From Nemertoderma westbladi (taxonomy: Eukaryota > Animalia > Xenacoelomorpha), in assembly GCA_032718475.1 (NCBI GenBank), contig JAUCBJ010001300.1, forward strand, positions 1 to 64,000: a DNA stretch of 64,000 nt. The letters run 5' to 3'. Shown here in pieces: positions 13,901 through 26,596 of the stretch. The stretch's first letter is position 1; the number at the start of each line of letters is the position of its first letter. Below the pieces are notes generated by a model, which made no database searches, had not been told where the DNA came from, and saw only the letters and a program-made list of their open reading frames with translations. A program made the position numbers and the translations under genes.

Positions 13901-14439
13901 TTTAGAAGATGGCGGCACAACTCTAGTTTACGATCTCGGAGTAACCCGGCAAATCTTAGAGTTTCGAAGTGTTCTGCAAACCATCTTCGTTCGAAATCGT
14001 CGGCAATATAGTGGAATTCTACGCCGATATTCGAAGAATAAGTTTCTTGTAAAAACTCAGTAATTTCTCTTAAACTCGACTCATTTCTACCCATTGATAG
14101 AATTCCTTTTAGGCAATACTGTCTCTCAGTTAAACCGTAGAAGTCCGGGGTTAATAACAGAAGATCGTCGTATTTAGTTAAATTCAAAGGATCCGTTTTA
14201 GCAATACGGTGTCCGTGTTCTCTGAATGCCGTTACATATCGCAACAAATTCGCATTGTCGTTGCAATTCCGTAAGTCGTCCGGGTTGGCCGGCAATGGAT
14301 CTGTGTTGCGCGCGTTGTCCGAATGAGGTTTATAACCAAATACCCCATGCTTTGTGTGGTAAAATGTTTCAACTATAAACTTTCTAGAGTTGCGTTTATT
14401 ATTCCGTAATCCAAGTCGTAGTGAACAGCAACGGATCAT
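10963..14439 (-). CDS. DHTKD1: 2-oxoadipate dehydrogenase E1 (DHTKD1); exons 14439-12526 and 11838-10963, ~929 aa
   Basis: Motifs [22 protein letters not shown] (TPP binding), [54 protein letters not shown]. Phase-0 intron GAG|GTCGGT...TTCCAG|GTT joins KGFLE to [18 protein letters not shown]-terminal [12 protein letters not shown] fits DHTKD1 rather than OGDH. Confidence 0.93.
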
Positions 14440-16552
14440 CGTAGTGTATTGCAGTATTGAGCGATAACTATAAAGGTACCGGTACCGGTAGATATAACAT
14501 TTTCACAACAGTAAATTAAATTAAAGATAGCAGCTACTACAGTACTACTCAATAATGCTCTGCTCATATTGTCATAAAGCTTTAAAACCGTTACAAACAG
14601 ATACAAAAATGGCATAAAAAAAGTTATTTACATTACCGGTACAGGATTATTAAGAATTAATACCGGACACACAACACCAGACATAATTCTGTAATTATAC
14701 TTTAAATCAAATACAGGAATACTGAAATAGGGAATCTGGGAATGCCAGTCTGCTAATTATTCGTAATTCGTAAACAGAATGCAGAATGATGAATTTCTAA
14801 CAGTCAAGAATCAGTAGGCTTATATAGTACAGTAGTATCTATATCTACTGATCTATCAGTCCATATTATAGTATCTATATCTCCTATTTAATTCAAATTC
14901 CCCACCACTTACTTATTTAATTCAAATTCCCCACCACTTACTTGTTAGACAGATCGAAGTATAAATCGTCAGACCTGACTGCCTGACAGGTTGCCCAATG
15001 AAGAAAGTCTCAATATCGCCTATGAAGTTATACATTTTTGATATCATTTATTGTTTTGATTATAAAAGCCCGCCTCCAAGCCTCTGAGTTAAAATAGTGG
15101 AATTAAATTAATTAATTAAAAACTGTGATTCAAGCATTAAAATTAGCAGAGAAATGAGCTTTTGTGATTGGAAAAATCAGTGCCATGGATTTAAACTCCA
15201 TTCCTCCTATAAAGGTCGAAAGGTGGCCGTTTACTGATGTGATGATGATGAACTAAAAATATCAGACGCATGTTGGCGACAATGGCAGGACGTGGGGCGA
15301 GACACGTAGTCGGCGATCCTTGGCATACGGTTCATATAGGGCAAATGGGGCATGGCCGTCTGTCTGGTAATGTTTGAACGCGAATTTATCAACATCGCAG
15401 GTTCGGAATTGAACCAAACTTAGTGGGAACTGTAAGTAGTAGAGGGAAAGTTTAGAAAATTTATAAAGTTTGGTGAAAAATCATTGAGCCTGACGTCAGC
15501 TACGACAGATAATGTGGTTTTTAGAGAATGTTAAATTTCTCGCGGGAACACCTCATTTTCCAGAGCTGAAATTGTGGTTGCTAGAATCCTAAAGTCTATC
15601 TCTTACGAAATTGAAAAGTTAAGACAATTAATTGGGGATCCGCTATCGACTCCGAAGTAATGACATAGGCCTACCCGGTACGGTACTGCTGTACTGAATA
15701 AGTACGAAATTGCAGAATAATAATTTGACACCACCTAGCGGATTAATATATAATTGTATATCGATCGTATACATTTTATAGCATGGGGTATGATGGGGTC
15801 CGAGCCCCGAAGTTGGCGGAGCCTTTGCGAACTGAAGCTATCTCTTACGTGTGTAGGTCAGTTATAATGGCAAATAGTTCATTCAATATTGGTACTGTAT
15901 GTCATCATCGTCGCTACGATTTTGACTTACTTCCAACTTCGTCGGATTTAAAGCTGTCGAGTCGAAAATTAGTAGGCATCAATAAGACCATAATTTTAGT
16001 TTTTTAGGGACTTTCAGAAAACGCCGGAGGGCTACATGTCTAAACATGAAATATCCTCACATTTTTTGCTTTAAACCCGTTCTAGCTGAAACCTGGCATA
16101 TTTGTACTCATCCGTCTGCAGTTATCTTAAGTCTGCCGCTAGAGAGCGAAATATCTCAAAGCGCAATCATTGATTTACCTGAAACGTACTTGTCAGATAT
16201 GGGCTAGAACACGTCCGGTGTGTTTGCCAGGCTAGGAATTAGTCCAACCAGGTCCACCTCACCACTAATCCAGCAAAGTTTAATTCTATAGGATATGCAA
16301 GTGTTAGGACCCAGAGTAATAAGAGAGCTTGCTTGTTGTTTATCTCGCAAAATGATTGGCTGAGTATTTAATGGAGATTATTTAGAATAAATATAGCTAA
16401 ATCATTTTGTTGAGACATCGACATGGTTAATTAATATTTCAGTATCAATACTAAAACGGCATAACGTAAGTTATAATAATATTTCTTGCAAATTGGGTCG
16501 CCTCCACGCTTAAAATATATTACTTTTAAAACAACTTTCCCCTCTTAAATAC

Positions 16553-16632
16553 CGATTTTGTGATAGAATTGCTCAATTTTAATTTCTATCTCATAACTGA
16601 GCCTCGTGCTGCGCGAAGGCCCCACGAACGTG
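16553..16632 (+). repeat. Dispersed repeat fragment, also at ~41982-42062
   Basis: Shared GATTTTGTGATA...GCTCAATTTTAATTT.TATCTCATAACTG.GCCTCGTGCTGCGCGAAGGCCCCACGAACGTGT. The GCTGC.CGAAGGCCCCACG motif recurs at 23587. Confidence 0.8.
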
Positions 16633-17563
16633 TAAGTAGTATGTGACTGCTAACAGACCATGGCTAGGACAGCCACGCGTCAATAATATTTATAGTGTGC
16701 GAATGGGTTAAACGACAAAATCATAAGTAAAATCTTAAGTTAACTAGAATCAATCGATTTAGCTTATCGAGCCTTAACCCCATCATTACAGGTAGAGGTA
16801 AGATGAAGGTCAATTAGACTAATTTCTCGAATAATCTATTATTAGTTGTAGTTCCACAACCTATTTAACACATTTTATTGCACAGTTATAAAATATCTTT
16901 GTTTTCTGTGACTTCCCGGTAAGAAACAGCTGATATACGTGAGTTCTTTCTAACATTGCATGTTCTTGTCACTTAATTCTTGGGCATATTTTCCCATTAA
17001 AATTATTTTGGTGCAAAATATTTATTTTCTAAAATATTACAGGTAGGCTATTTGAACTGATAATGTATCTGTAAAAATAATAATAAAATAATGAGTCCGT
17101 TTTTTATTAAAAAAAATTATCTCAAAATTTAATATTAACATATGCTTACTGCTTACTTAATAATATAATAGCTATTTAGCTAAATTAATACAAAAATAAT
17201 ATGTAAGATTAACCGGTATTCTTACTTATGAATAATGGAGATAGGGGAGGGACACTTGATACTTGAATTGACGCAATTGAATTTGAACACAGACCAGGGG
17301 GATATGGACGGAAACAACAATTCATTACGAGCAAAATTAAACTGTAACCTGCGGGATTGTCTTTCGTTTATTGTTTTTGTTAGAATAACATGCCATTGTC
17401 ACTTGCACACTATGTTTATTTATTATTTACTTTGATTTATTACTTATAATATTTAACAATGTTAATTCGCCGAGACGATTTATTATTGCCCCCCCCCCCC
17501 CTCCCTATCTCCAAGTTTCACTTATAAATTCGATTATCACAATACCAACAGGCTACATGAAAA

Positions 17564-19225
17564 CTACTCGACTAATTCCCGCTGTTTCCAAACATCGCTC
17601 ATTTTACAATCAACCTCGTCGTCTTCTTCTCCATCAGATAGGATACATTCCGGAAGATCCACTGTATCAGCTGCCGGACACTGAGGTCGTTCGACGGATA
17701 TTCCAACGACTTCCTTATCTCTTAGAATAGGACAAAGAAACGCACTGTTTTCTAAAGTCCATTTAGTAAAATTAATCCTACAATTCTTGTGAGTTTGCAA
17801 GGAATTTATATTATCTACAACATCTATTTGTACAAAATCATTGAGTAATTCTTGTGCTGATTGAGACGGTAATAAATCACTTTGGTAAACCTGGTTAGGT
17901 CCATCCATATCATTGTCACTTCGAATAAAGTTCTGACAGAATATATCACCGTAATTAGTTAACTGCAAAGCGGCTAAACCGTGATCGTGATTAGCTAAAG
18001 CAACTCCAGCTACATCCGAATTAAACGCATCAACATCCGCTTCCGCACCAAACATAGACCTAACCAATACACCCGTATCCTCTACAGATCTGATTCTCCA
18101 TGGAGGAGTTGAACACTGGATGAAACCGCCAATAGAAACCGTTGATGCAACACATTCACTGCAGTCGTAAACGAGAACAGTATGTTGTAGATCGTCATGA
18201 TCTCCACATGAAGTGGCTATGCCAGCTGGGAAATGTTGTAGGTGGTGATGAGACGTTAACAGAGAGTAATCCGGTCTGCGTTCGTCGATAAACACCAACG
18301 AATGATCGGTTGCAATCAGATGTAACGGGGTGGATGCGACCGACCACAGTCGGCAAGTTCGGATCAACTCGGCATCGAATCCACGGGAACTCGTGTCGTA
18401 GAGGTCGGATCTATATCGTCCGACACGAGTGTCGTACAGAGAGAGAGTCTGCTGGTTGTAGAGAGCTAGCATGGTGGGGTTGCGGGATTGATATACGTTG
18501 GTGCGATCGGTGGAACTAATGAGTATTTTAGTAGATCGATGTGGCTCCCATACGGAGACCGTGGTTCCCCCGCTCTCTAAAGCAGTGCAGTAAGTTATCT
18601 CGGTTCCTAAAAGGTGGTTCCAATCGAGACTAATGATCTGGTTGTTTTCAACGATATTTATCGGAGGGATAGACAACTCTTTACGATCTAAAGCGTAAGA
18701 GCAAATGTTTATCGAACTTTCCTTACAGTTGGGAACTCTAGAAACACATGCGATTTCCATTACATTGTCGGAAAAATGGTTGTAACTTCTTATCTCTTCT
18801 ATTGATCCTTTAAATTCGTATAAATTATGTAACTCAATTAAACGATAAGGAACATCTGAAGAAGTACATTCCTCTTTTAATATTCCAATAGTTAAATTTT
18901 TACTGTTGGCCCCATTCGTAAACGCGAGTAATAACTGGTGATTCGGTAGCCTTTCTGAACACAGCCGCTGTCGACCCGACAATGTATCGGATTCATCATC
19001 GAGTTTATTCTCATATTTTCGTTTATTAATGAGAGCGCGGCGTACTCGTCTCGGATAAGATCCTTTGTGTATAGGTAAGGAGTTCCCTGTCGCCACGAGA
19101 CCAGTGGAAATCTGCCCCCTAGATATACCGTCGCCATACAGATGAATGCAGCTTGTAAAACCGTGGAAAATCGTAGGGAATCTACCGATATCTCTAGGCA
19201 TGCGCGGTAAACCCATTGGTGTCAT
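17564..19225 (-). CDS. TAF1C: TATA-binding protein-associated factor RNA polymerase I subunit C-like (SL1 subunit), single ORF of 553 aa
   Basis: LIATDHSLVFIDERRPDYSLLTSHHHLQHFP and LQLTNYGDIFCQ resemble the conserved TAF1C blocks (LYLVDERLPLVPMLKWNHGL; FQLSAAGDVFYQ). WD-like LSLYDTR. An upstream exon cannot be excluded. Confidence 0.7.
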   Translation of the reverse strand: MTPMGLPRMPRDIGRFPTIFHGFTSCIHLYGDGISRGQISTGLVATGNSLPIHKGSYPRRVRRALINKRKYENKLDDESDTLSGRQRLCSERLPNHQLLLAFTNGANSKNLTIGILKEECTSSDVPYRLIELHNLYEFKGSIEEIRSYNHFSDNVMEIACVSRVPNCKESSINICSYALDRKELSIPPINIVENNQIISLDWNHLLGTEITYCTALESGGTTVSVWEPHRSTKILISSTDRTNVYQSRNPTMLALYNQQTLSLYDTRVGRYRSDLYDTSSRGFDAELIRTCRLWSVASTPLHLIATDHSLVFIDERRPDYSLLTSHHHLQHFPAGIATSCGDHDDLQHTVLVYDCSECVASTVSIGGFIQCSTPPWRIRSVEDTGVLVRSMFGAEADVDAFNSDVAGVALANHDHGLAALQLTNYGDIFCQNFIRSDNDMDGPNQVYQSDLLPSQSAQELLNDFVQIDVVDNINSLQTHKNCRINFTKWTLENSAFLCPILRDKEVVGISVERPQCPAADTVDLPECILSDGEEDDEVDCKMSDVWKQRELVE

Positions 19226-19645
19226 TATAAATAATTAAATAGACTGAACTGCACGATGTCCACACTCTAGGCTAATCCGGATAATAAATATATTTTATTT
19301 TATGGCTATATTTTCATATATTTAATAGGGCCCTACTGCCCTATTCACAATTGGCTGTCGAAATTCCCAGTTTACAAAAATAACCTTCCCATATTCCCAA
19401 GATCAATAACCTCCGACCGAATAATAAAAAAATTAATCAATAACTCGCAATTGACTGATTGAATAGAATAGTTTAACTTTAGTTGGTGATTTAGATTCAC
19501 ACCACGTCAGTCATTTATAAATTATTAAATTCATATTTCCTTTCAAGAAAGTAGGACCTGGCTGCCTGGTGAATGACTTAGGCCCCTCTATCAGATTGGT
19601 TAGATCTGTAGATGTGAGACAGTCGGAATGACAATGCCAGCAATG

Positions 19646-19960
19646 TTACGCTAATCTTTTCCACCAAGGTTGTGCCTCGCTATTTTCTTTCATGTACTGG
19701 GGCCGGTTTAAATCAAATATATCTTTTGGTTTGTTTATCTTTGCCTGATCTATCAAACCAAAGCGGTCATCTTCCCCAACTTGTTCCGCTAAATGTCGAT
19801 CTTCTCTCTCTTCCACTATAGTTTTCCGCTTCCAGGGTTGGTCCTTGTTGCCTCCAATAAAGTTTTCCAAATTGTAACCAACGAACCCAACAACTACTGC
19901 CACTGGTAGGATAACATAACGGCGACCAAATTTAAATAATACTGGTATCCAGGGACCCAT
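19646..19960 (-). CDS. SMIM12: Small integral membrane protein 12 (UPF0767 family)
   Basis: YVILPVAVVVGFVGYNLENFI...KTIVEEREDRHLAE matches the SMIM12 pattern. First ATG at 19960. Confidence 0.88.
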   Translation of the reverse strand: MGPWIPVLFKFGRRYVILPVAVVVGFVGYNLENFIGGNKDQPWKRKTIVEEREDRHLAEQVGEDDRFGLIDQAKINKPKDIFDLNRPQYMKENSEAQPWWKRLA

Positions 19961-20196
19961 ATTAACCAAATAGTAGACTAAATTAGGCCTACCGAATTAC
20001 AATAATCTGAACAACCTACCGGTGTACTGGTGTATCACAGGTCACGGATCGACGGATCTACCAATGCTGACTACTGTTGTACTACTACGACTGTACATTG
20101 TACAGTTTGTTCTTTGTTGTATGACACAGTTGTATTATGATCAATGACTACCGGTACATTACCCATTACGATCAATCTAACGCTAACCAATATCAC

Positions 20197-20275
20197 TATA
20201 GTATAGTATAGTATAGTAGTATAGTAGTCCATGGTAGTATAGTAGTAGTAGTATAGTAGTAGTAGTATAGTAGTC
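20197..20275. repeat. (TAG)n/(TATAG)n microsatellite
   Basis: Seen directly in sequence. Confidence 0.85.
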
Positions 20276-21162
20276 CTTGGTTTTTTACACTTGAGAAATA
20301 GTGCGTTGTGATAAAGGTGTAGGCCTACGTACTACTATGTATTGTACTATGTAGGGAGGGGTAGGCCTACTGGAGTACGCCTTGGTTTGGTTGTGATTGC
20401 GATTGACTGCACATTCGAGTTGAGAGGTATCATTGCATCGTATCGAGAGGTATCATTGAATCTAGAGGTGAGGTATTATTGCATCGAGAGGTATCATTCT
20501 GCATTCTGTCATTTCATCAAGAGGTATCATTGCATCGAGTCGAGAGGTAGGCCTATCATTCTGTCATTGCATTGCATTGTAGCATTGCTGGATGTGGAAT
20601 GGAAGTTACTCAGTCAGTCAGTTCAGCAGTTTTCAAAGGCAGAAAGGATTGAAGACCCGCCTAGCTGGAGACTAAGTATATGCTCATTAGAAAAATTATA
20701 CGGTTTTGTGGAGGACCTTTCACCTTTAGGCGGATTTCCTGCGCCTGCGGTAGCAATTCGCCACAGATTCTCACTCTCACAGCTCACTACGTACATGCAG
20801 ACATGGCGATGGCTGCCTGGCTGCATCATGCATCAGTGCATGAGTAGAAGTGCGAGTTCCTTTACTGATGAAAGTTCCGCACCTGAGTCTGTGAGTTGAG
20901 TCGTTCTCAGTGTCGAGACAAGTGCTGAAGTGGCCCTCCTACCAGCATACTCTTACTTTGCCTCTTACAGTATTACATAGGCCTACTCATTTAAACAAAA
21001 TCCCTGAGAAAACATTGAGAATCAACAGCCAATACTGCAATAGCAGAATAGGTCTAACAGACTGTTGAATAGCCTAGCAGCCTAGGCCTATACACTATCT
21101 GACTGTAGCCTACAGAACAGATACTGGCTGACTGGGTAGGTACAAAGGACTACTCTGCTACA

Positions 21163-21650
21163 TACCGAAGCCCAAAGTGGCCAGACAAACACACACACAT
21201 CATTTTTCATTTTATGGGGGTTGGGGTATGTTTGTGGTTGTCCAGTTGTGTGTGTGGTTGTCCAGTTGTGTGTGTGGTTGTCCAGTTGTGTGTGTGGTTG
21301 TCCAGCTGTGTGTGTGGTTGTCCAGTTGTGTGTGTGGTTGTCCAGTTGTGTGTGTGGTTGTCCAGTTGTGTGTGTGGTTGTCCAGTTGTGTGTGTAGTTG
21401 TCCAGTTGTGTGTGTGGTTGTCCAGTTGTGTGTGTGGTTGTCCAGTTGTGTGTGTAGTTGTCCAGTTGTGTGTGTGGTTGTCCAGCTATTTACTGGTCAA
21501 CCACACACACACACACACTACTGCACTAAGTGCTCCAAATAGGCCAACCATTCAGCCATTCATTGGTTCGATTTTGACATTTTGATATTGTTATTAGTAG
21601 GGGGAAATTTGAAATTTAATGAAATTCTATCAACCTATTGTTGATATTGC
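21163..21650 (+). repeat. Left TIR (~480 bp) containing a 20-bp minisatellite (GTGTGTGGTTGTCCAGTTGT, about 13 copies)
   Basis: Reverse complement of 26597-27069, including the non-repetitive inner part GTAGGGGGAAATTTGAAATTTAATGAAATTC. Confidence 0.92.
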
Positions 21651-22941
21651 TGACTATACTATGTTATTAGATGTAGCGATATGTAAATACCGAGCATTAT
21701 TTAGCGACGTTTTTTCCGAACTGATATCGGATGGCGATCTTATTTTACTATATATGGATAAAAAACCGTGTGTTAAACTGCCATGCAGTGGCAACAAGTT
21801 CGTCCTATCTCAATATAAAGATGAGATAAATAAGGATTATAAGCGGCTAACGTTTCTTCTATGTACGCAGAAAGATTACGATGAATCCCTCAGCATGAAT
21901 GTAGGTGACCAGGAGGCCAGGTTGCCTGAACCGAACGAGTCGTCGATAGGAATGACATTTGCCGCCATTGACTACGCTGAAAGCCACAACATGAATCTAG
22001 GCGGTTCGGTTGGGAGGTTTTGCCTGATCCGAACGAGTCATCGACAAGGGAGACAATCGCTCCTGCATCCCGTCCTGAAACACTCTATGAGATTCTTGAT
22101 CGTATCACAAGTGCTGACAAATGTGATGGTGAGCCACTAAATAAAATTAATGCTGATCGAGACGATATTCTAGATGGCGCATATCGAGGCTTTGCTCGGA
22201 AAACATTTAATATTAAAAATAAATTAAGTGTTAAATTCGATGACGAAACCGGAATAGATCAGGGTGGATTGAGTCGCGAATTTATGCGCCTTGCCACAAT
22301 AAGTATTCGAGATTCAGGAATGTTTCACGGCCCCGAGACGCGAAAAATTAAAACCCTTGATTATAATGGTGAGTGATATGAATATCTATTTAATTTTAAT
22401 TAATTAGTTAGATTTAATTAATTAATTTGAAATTATAGCTCAACTACTGCGTACTGTTACTTAGTTTTAGTAATTTATTTTTTTAGCTTTAAATCAGGAG
22501 CGATATTTTTTGGCTGGGAAGATGTTAGGATACTTCATTATTAATCGGGGACCAACACCCAACTTCTTCGATCCACTTATGTTCGATATGATTTGTGATG
22601 GCGTGGATGAAATCCAACCAAAGATAAAAGACATTAAGGATTTCGATATTCAGCAGCAAGTTCAGGATGTAAGTAGATTTTTGAATATGTATTCGTGTAA
22701 TATTTTAAGTACTATTCGAGGTTAAATATGGTGTAATCGATTTTTCGTGCCTCCGTAGGCAAACATACAAAATACACTTCCTCGGGACTCTGATTTTAAT
22801 AACGAAATAATTACAAAATAATTATTCCCCCCTTCCTTATCCAGTCGTAATATTTATCTCAAAAATAATTCAATCTATATTTCAATATTTCCAGATCGAA
22901 GATGCTATTACTGAGGATGAATTCAGAATGTCTATTGCCAA

Positions 22942-24006
22942 CGGAAGTACGATCCCAGGATCCGGGCCGCCGCTAAACCCAGATCGCAATCCTCGTCGAT
23001 TCGTCCAGTCGTCGACGTCAGTCAGTAAGTGGGACTCTTCCCACCGCACTCCAAGGTGGGTGACCGGAGTGAGGCATGAGGAACTTGGCAGTGGCCCGCA
23101 TTACGATCTGACCGACCGCCGTATTCCCAGTGTCTGAGTGTAGTAAATACCCAAATAGAATCGTACTGACAAACAAGCAATTCCGTAGTATTCCCCCGTT
23201 AATCACCTCTTGAAGCAACTCGGCTGCTCGGGTCCAGATACATCGGACTGTCGGGAGCGTTTCAGACAGTAATGGAGCGGCATTTGCGAATATTTTCAAT
23301 GGTTTTATAATAAATAAGGGTATTCAACAGTTCAATGCTAAAACAAATGGATTATTCCTAACCCCACCCCAATACAGCAATATACCTAACAGTATATAGC
23401 TTTGCAGGATTCTCGATTCAGGGATTGAGTACAGCCTGACAGTACCGGTACACATGGTAGGCCTACATGCAGAATTGCAAAATTTGTCAGAAAACCCAGC
23501 TGATTTATCCTACAGTAATAATAATTTAACGCATTTTAAATTTGGATAATCAAATGTATTATAACTGCAATAACAGTTACACTGATGCTGCACGAAGGCC
23601 CCACGCAAATTCTACTTGGAAAATTTTCAAACTTTTGCCAAACAACATGTGTACCAAGTTTGGATAGATTTCATCAAGGATTGGCCGAGTTATTAACGTT
23701 TAAAATAAAATACTGAAAAAAAAACGCGACAGAACGACAGAACGACAGGTTGATTAATGGTACCACTACGCTAAGGCTCACTCACTTCGTGGCTCACCCC
23801 ACATGGGTTCACCAACCAAACTCTTCAGTCTGCTACCCAAGCACCTGCGCCGTCATCCAGCCCCAGTAGCCGCCACGAACGTCGCCCCCCTCTAAGGCAC
23901 AAACCCACAGCGCGCACCAACGCGATGGACAGACGGGCCCTAACCCATCCGAGAACGAATCCTGGGGGTTTCTCGTTCCAACTGTCCTTCTCTGACAACT
24001 TTGCCG
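22942..24006. mobile_element. Unclassified ~1.06-kb insertion nested in the HECT gene, 4-5 bp TSD (CCAA/GCCAA)
   Basis: Flanked by GCCAA at 22937-22941 and 24006-24010, with CGG...CCG ends. Removing it restores exon ...ATT GCC AA|GTGAGT in phase with the next exon. Confidence 0.7.
23587..23802 (+). mobile_element. Non-autonomous Helitron/Helentron-like 3' end; inverted second copy at ~40466-40690
   Basis: TGTGTACCAAGTTTGG motif, (GACAGAAC)n microsatellite, terminal GGCTCACTCACTTCGTGGCTC.CCCCA. A near-identical reverse complement lies at 40466-40690. Confidence 0.55.
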
Positions 24007-25255
24007 CCAAGTGAGTTTAATTGCTTTAAATAATTGCTTTAATTAATTGCTTTTAATTACTTTGCTACCAATAAGTTTAATTAATAAGTAAGATAAAAGT
24101 AAAAATTTCAAAAATTTAGATTTCGTGAAGGATTACAAACATGTTGCATAGTGGAAGAAATTAGGGACAATAGAGATGCTTGGAAGGAAGCCTTTATATT
24201 CAGTGAAGATTTGACTGTCAATGGGGAAATGGTAGAACGGATGTTCGAAATTAATTGGTCAGAGGAGCAGAGCAACCGAAAACGAAAAGAAAAAAAGATA
24301 GCTGTGTACTGGCGCGATCTGATACAAGATTTAAGTGGTAATATAATAATAATATTTTGATGATAAATATAGTGACGTTTACTTATATTGCACTGTAGCT
24401 ACAGTATATTGCTATTAATAAAATTTACTTTAATAAAAATTAAAATTTTAATAAAATAATTATTTAAAAATAAAAATTAAACTTCTATTTTTTAGTTAAC
24501 TACTGTACTGGTTATTTTTGTGACGGACGTTCAAGAGTGTTACAAAATTCATGGCAAAAATCGTTAAAAAATAGCGTGACATCATTTGTGCATGACCCCT
24601 AATTATTTTTTATTCATTTTTTTATTATAGCTGGAGAGATTGGCTTGGTTAATCAGGTACCAATCAATAGGCCTACGGGAACTATTGGTTTTCACTACGG
24701 GAGCGTCTTCTGTTCCTTCGCTTGGCTTTGACGTTCAGCCATCAATATCATTTATCCACGCCGAAGATGAACATGAATACTATAAGGGTCTACCGAAAGC
24801 AAACACATGTGCGCTAGAGCTAAAACTACCTGTTGTGAAGGACTACCAGTCATTTAAGAATGTTATGCTAAGAAGCATTGAGATGTTGACTACATTTAGC
24901 GATAGCTAATTAATTAGCATTATTCACTTATCCATTATTCACTTAGCATTATAACTCATCTTATGTTGTCCTTATGTATTTCCAACCATCCTTTGTAACT
25001 AATCATAAATAGTTTCTACTTAAATGTAATTTTAATTAATTAATAGTTTTTAGATTGATTAATCGATTTTATTGTAAACTGGATGGATTGAGAGGGGGAG
25101 GGGGGGGGGGGTCCGCATTATTGTAAATTATAAGTACATAAAAAAATTTATTTTATTTAATAGCCACAACAATAAGTGAACAATGCACAAGTAATGTTGA
25201 AATATGATTAACAAATGAGGTGTAAGGTGACAATAGAGTTACAATACCGATAAAT

Positions 25256-26458
25256 TTATTTGCATAGCTGTAAGAGATGCTCATAACGATCAAGTCCCTC
25301 TTTCCATGTATACGGTATAGAAGACCACTGCAGCGTCTGTTTTACATAATTACAATACTCCAACGTGTTATTCTCTCGAACAGCATATGGCACTCTGATA
25401 GAATTTATTTCGTCTAGTTTAGTACTGTTAATAGGCAGCGCAAGTTCTGGAATACCACCTTTTGATGCCGGGTTATAAAAATTGAAAATTGGCTTTCCAC
25501 ATATCGTATCATACCGTGATCGTCTGATGTAGTGCGTGTTCCAGTTCAGTACAATGTCATCCAACTGAGTTTGGATTAAAGGAGCCATACAAAACCACAT
25601 AATATCTCGTTGTACAAGATCAGTAGGATCGTACATACCGATCTCAATGATATCGGCAAAGAAGTTCATCCACCATTGAGCAATGGATTTGCGTAACAGT
25701 GACCACCATGCTTCAATCCGTTGATTGTGTGGTGAGGGCACATAACGGTGGGCATCTAAATTACAACGTAAGAACGATTGTGCTGCAGCAGCAATACCAT
25801 TTTCAGTACCCTTATCGGTTTCGAGACGAAGCGGACAGCCAAACTTACAAACAGCTTCAAGATAAAAGTCGCAGATTAATTCAGGGTGGTTATTGGTCCG
25901 ATCAACTCTTAGCCATATTATATATCTGGACCACCCATCAATACATCCGTGTATGGGAAATCCGCACACTTTTAATTTGTCGTACCCATCGCAGTGCCAT
26001 ACTGCATTGGGACCTACAGTATGGTATTGCCTACGTTGAAGTCTCCTTCTGCTTCTCCTTTCCGTAGCCTCAGGATTTATTTGTCTTAATATGTTTTGAA
26101 CGATACGTCGGGGAATACTGAATCCCTTGACCCTCAGGTGCTGCCACATGTGTCGGTAACCCCATAATCCACCAATTCCTCTTGTTAGAGAATTTATTTC
26201 AGTATAAACTTCGTCGTAAGTAGAACGGTGTTTGTGTCGTGAAAGACCAAGACGATTAATAATTCTCCTTACTGTTCTCTGACTTATTTGAACATCATTG
26301 TGATTTATTAACATAGTAGTGATTTCTTTATATTTTAAACCACTGAAGAAGTATTTCTTAATTAAAATAGAAACATCATCATTATAGTTATCGAGTTCGG
26401 GGGGTTGGTAATCAACGACAGGAACAACAAGTGACAGGAAAATAAATAGATAAACCAT
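25256..26458 (-). CDS. DDE (integrase-core, IS3-like) transposase, 400 aa, intact single ORF
   Basis: N-terminal HTH (YKEITTML...ISQRTVRRII), WGYRHMWQHL, catalytic WHCDGYDKLKVCGFPIHGCIDGWSR, LETDKGTEN, HNQRIEAWW, WNTHYIR. Confidence 0.93.
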   Translation of the reverse strand: MVYLFIFLSLVVPVVDYQPPELDNYNDDVSILIKKYFFSGLKYKEITTMLINHNDVQISQRTVRRIINRLGLSRHKHRSTYDEVYTEINSLTRGIGGLWGYRHMWQHLRVKGFSIPRRIVQNILRQINPEATERRSRRRLQRRQYHTVGPNAVWHCDGYDKLKVCGFPIHGCIDGWSRYIIWLRVDRTNNHPELICDFYLEAVCKFGCPLRLETDKGTENGIAAAAQSFLRCNLDAHRYVPSPHNQRIEAWWSLLRKSIAQWWMNFFADIIEIGMYDPTDLVQRDIMWFCMAPLIQTQLDDIVLNWNTHYIRRSRYDTICGKPIFNFYNPASKGGIPELALPINSTKLDEINSIRVPYAVRENNTLEYCNYVKQTLQWSSIPYTWKEGLDRYEHLLQLCK

Positions 26459-26596
26459 TTTCTAGTACCTATATAATTCACAATTCAGATCACGAGAAAT
26501 CGGAATAGAAAAATAAAATTACAGTATTAATGTAGTAGCTGTAGGGTAGACACCGGTACGCCCGGTATACTGCAATATAAAACCAATACCGGTACC

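Larger units (their letters stand above)
21619..24909 (+). pseudogene. G2E3-like HECT E3 ubiquitin ligase gene carried by the transposon; exons about 21619/21671-22368, 22487-22668, 22895-22941, 24120-24337, ~24631/24671-24909; frameshifted and interrupted
   Basis: HECT motifs LSVKFDDETGIDQGGLSREFMRL, YFLAGKMLGYFIINRGPTPNFF, FREGL, WSEEQSNRKRKE..YWRDLIQD, LLVFTTGASSVP and catalytic LPKANTCALELKLP. GT-AG introns are in compatible phases up to 24337. Frameshift near 22019; 1.07-kb insertion at 22942; last acceptor ambiguous. Confidence 0.82.

Noticed and set aside
10847-14063. Short alternative-frame and antisense ORFs overlapping DHTKD1
   Set aside because: Shadows of GC-rich coding sequence with no independent motifs.
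20342-20899. 185-aa ORF and antisense 68-aa ORF
   Set aside because: The first half is degenerate GAGAGGTATCATTGCATC repeats and no domain is recognisable. A possible exon fragment cannot be supported.
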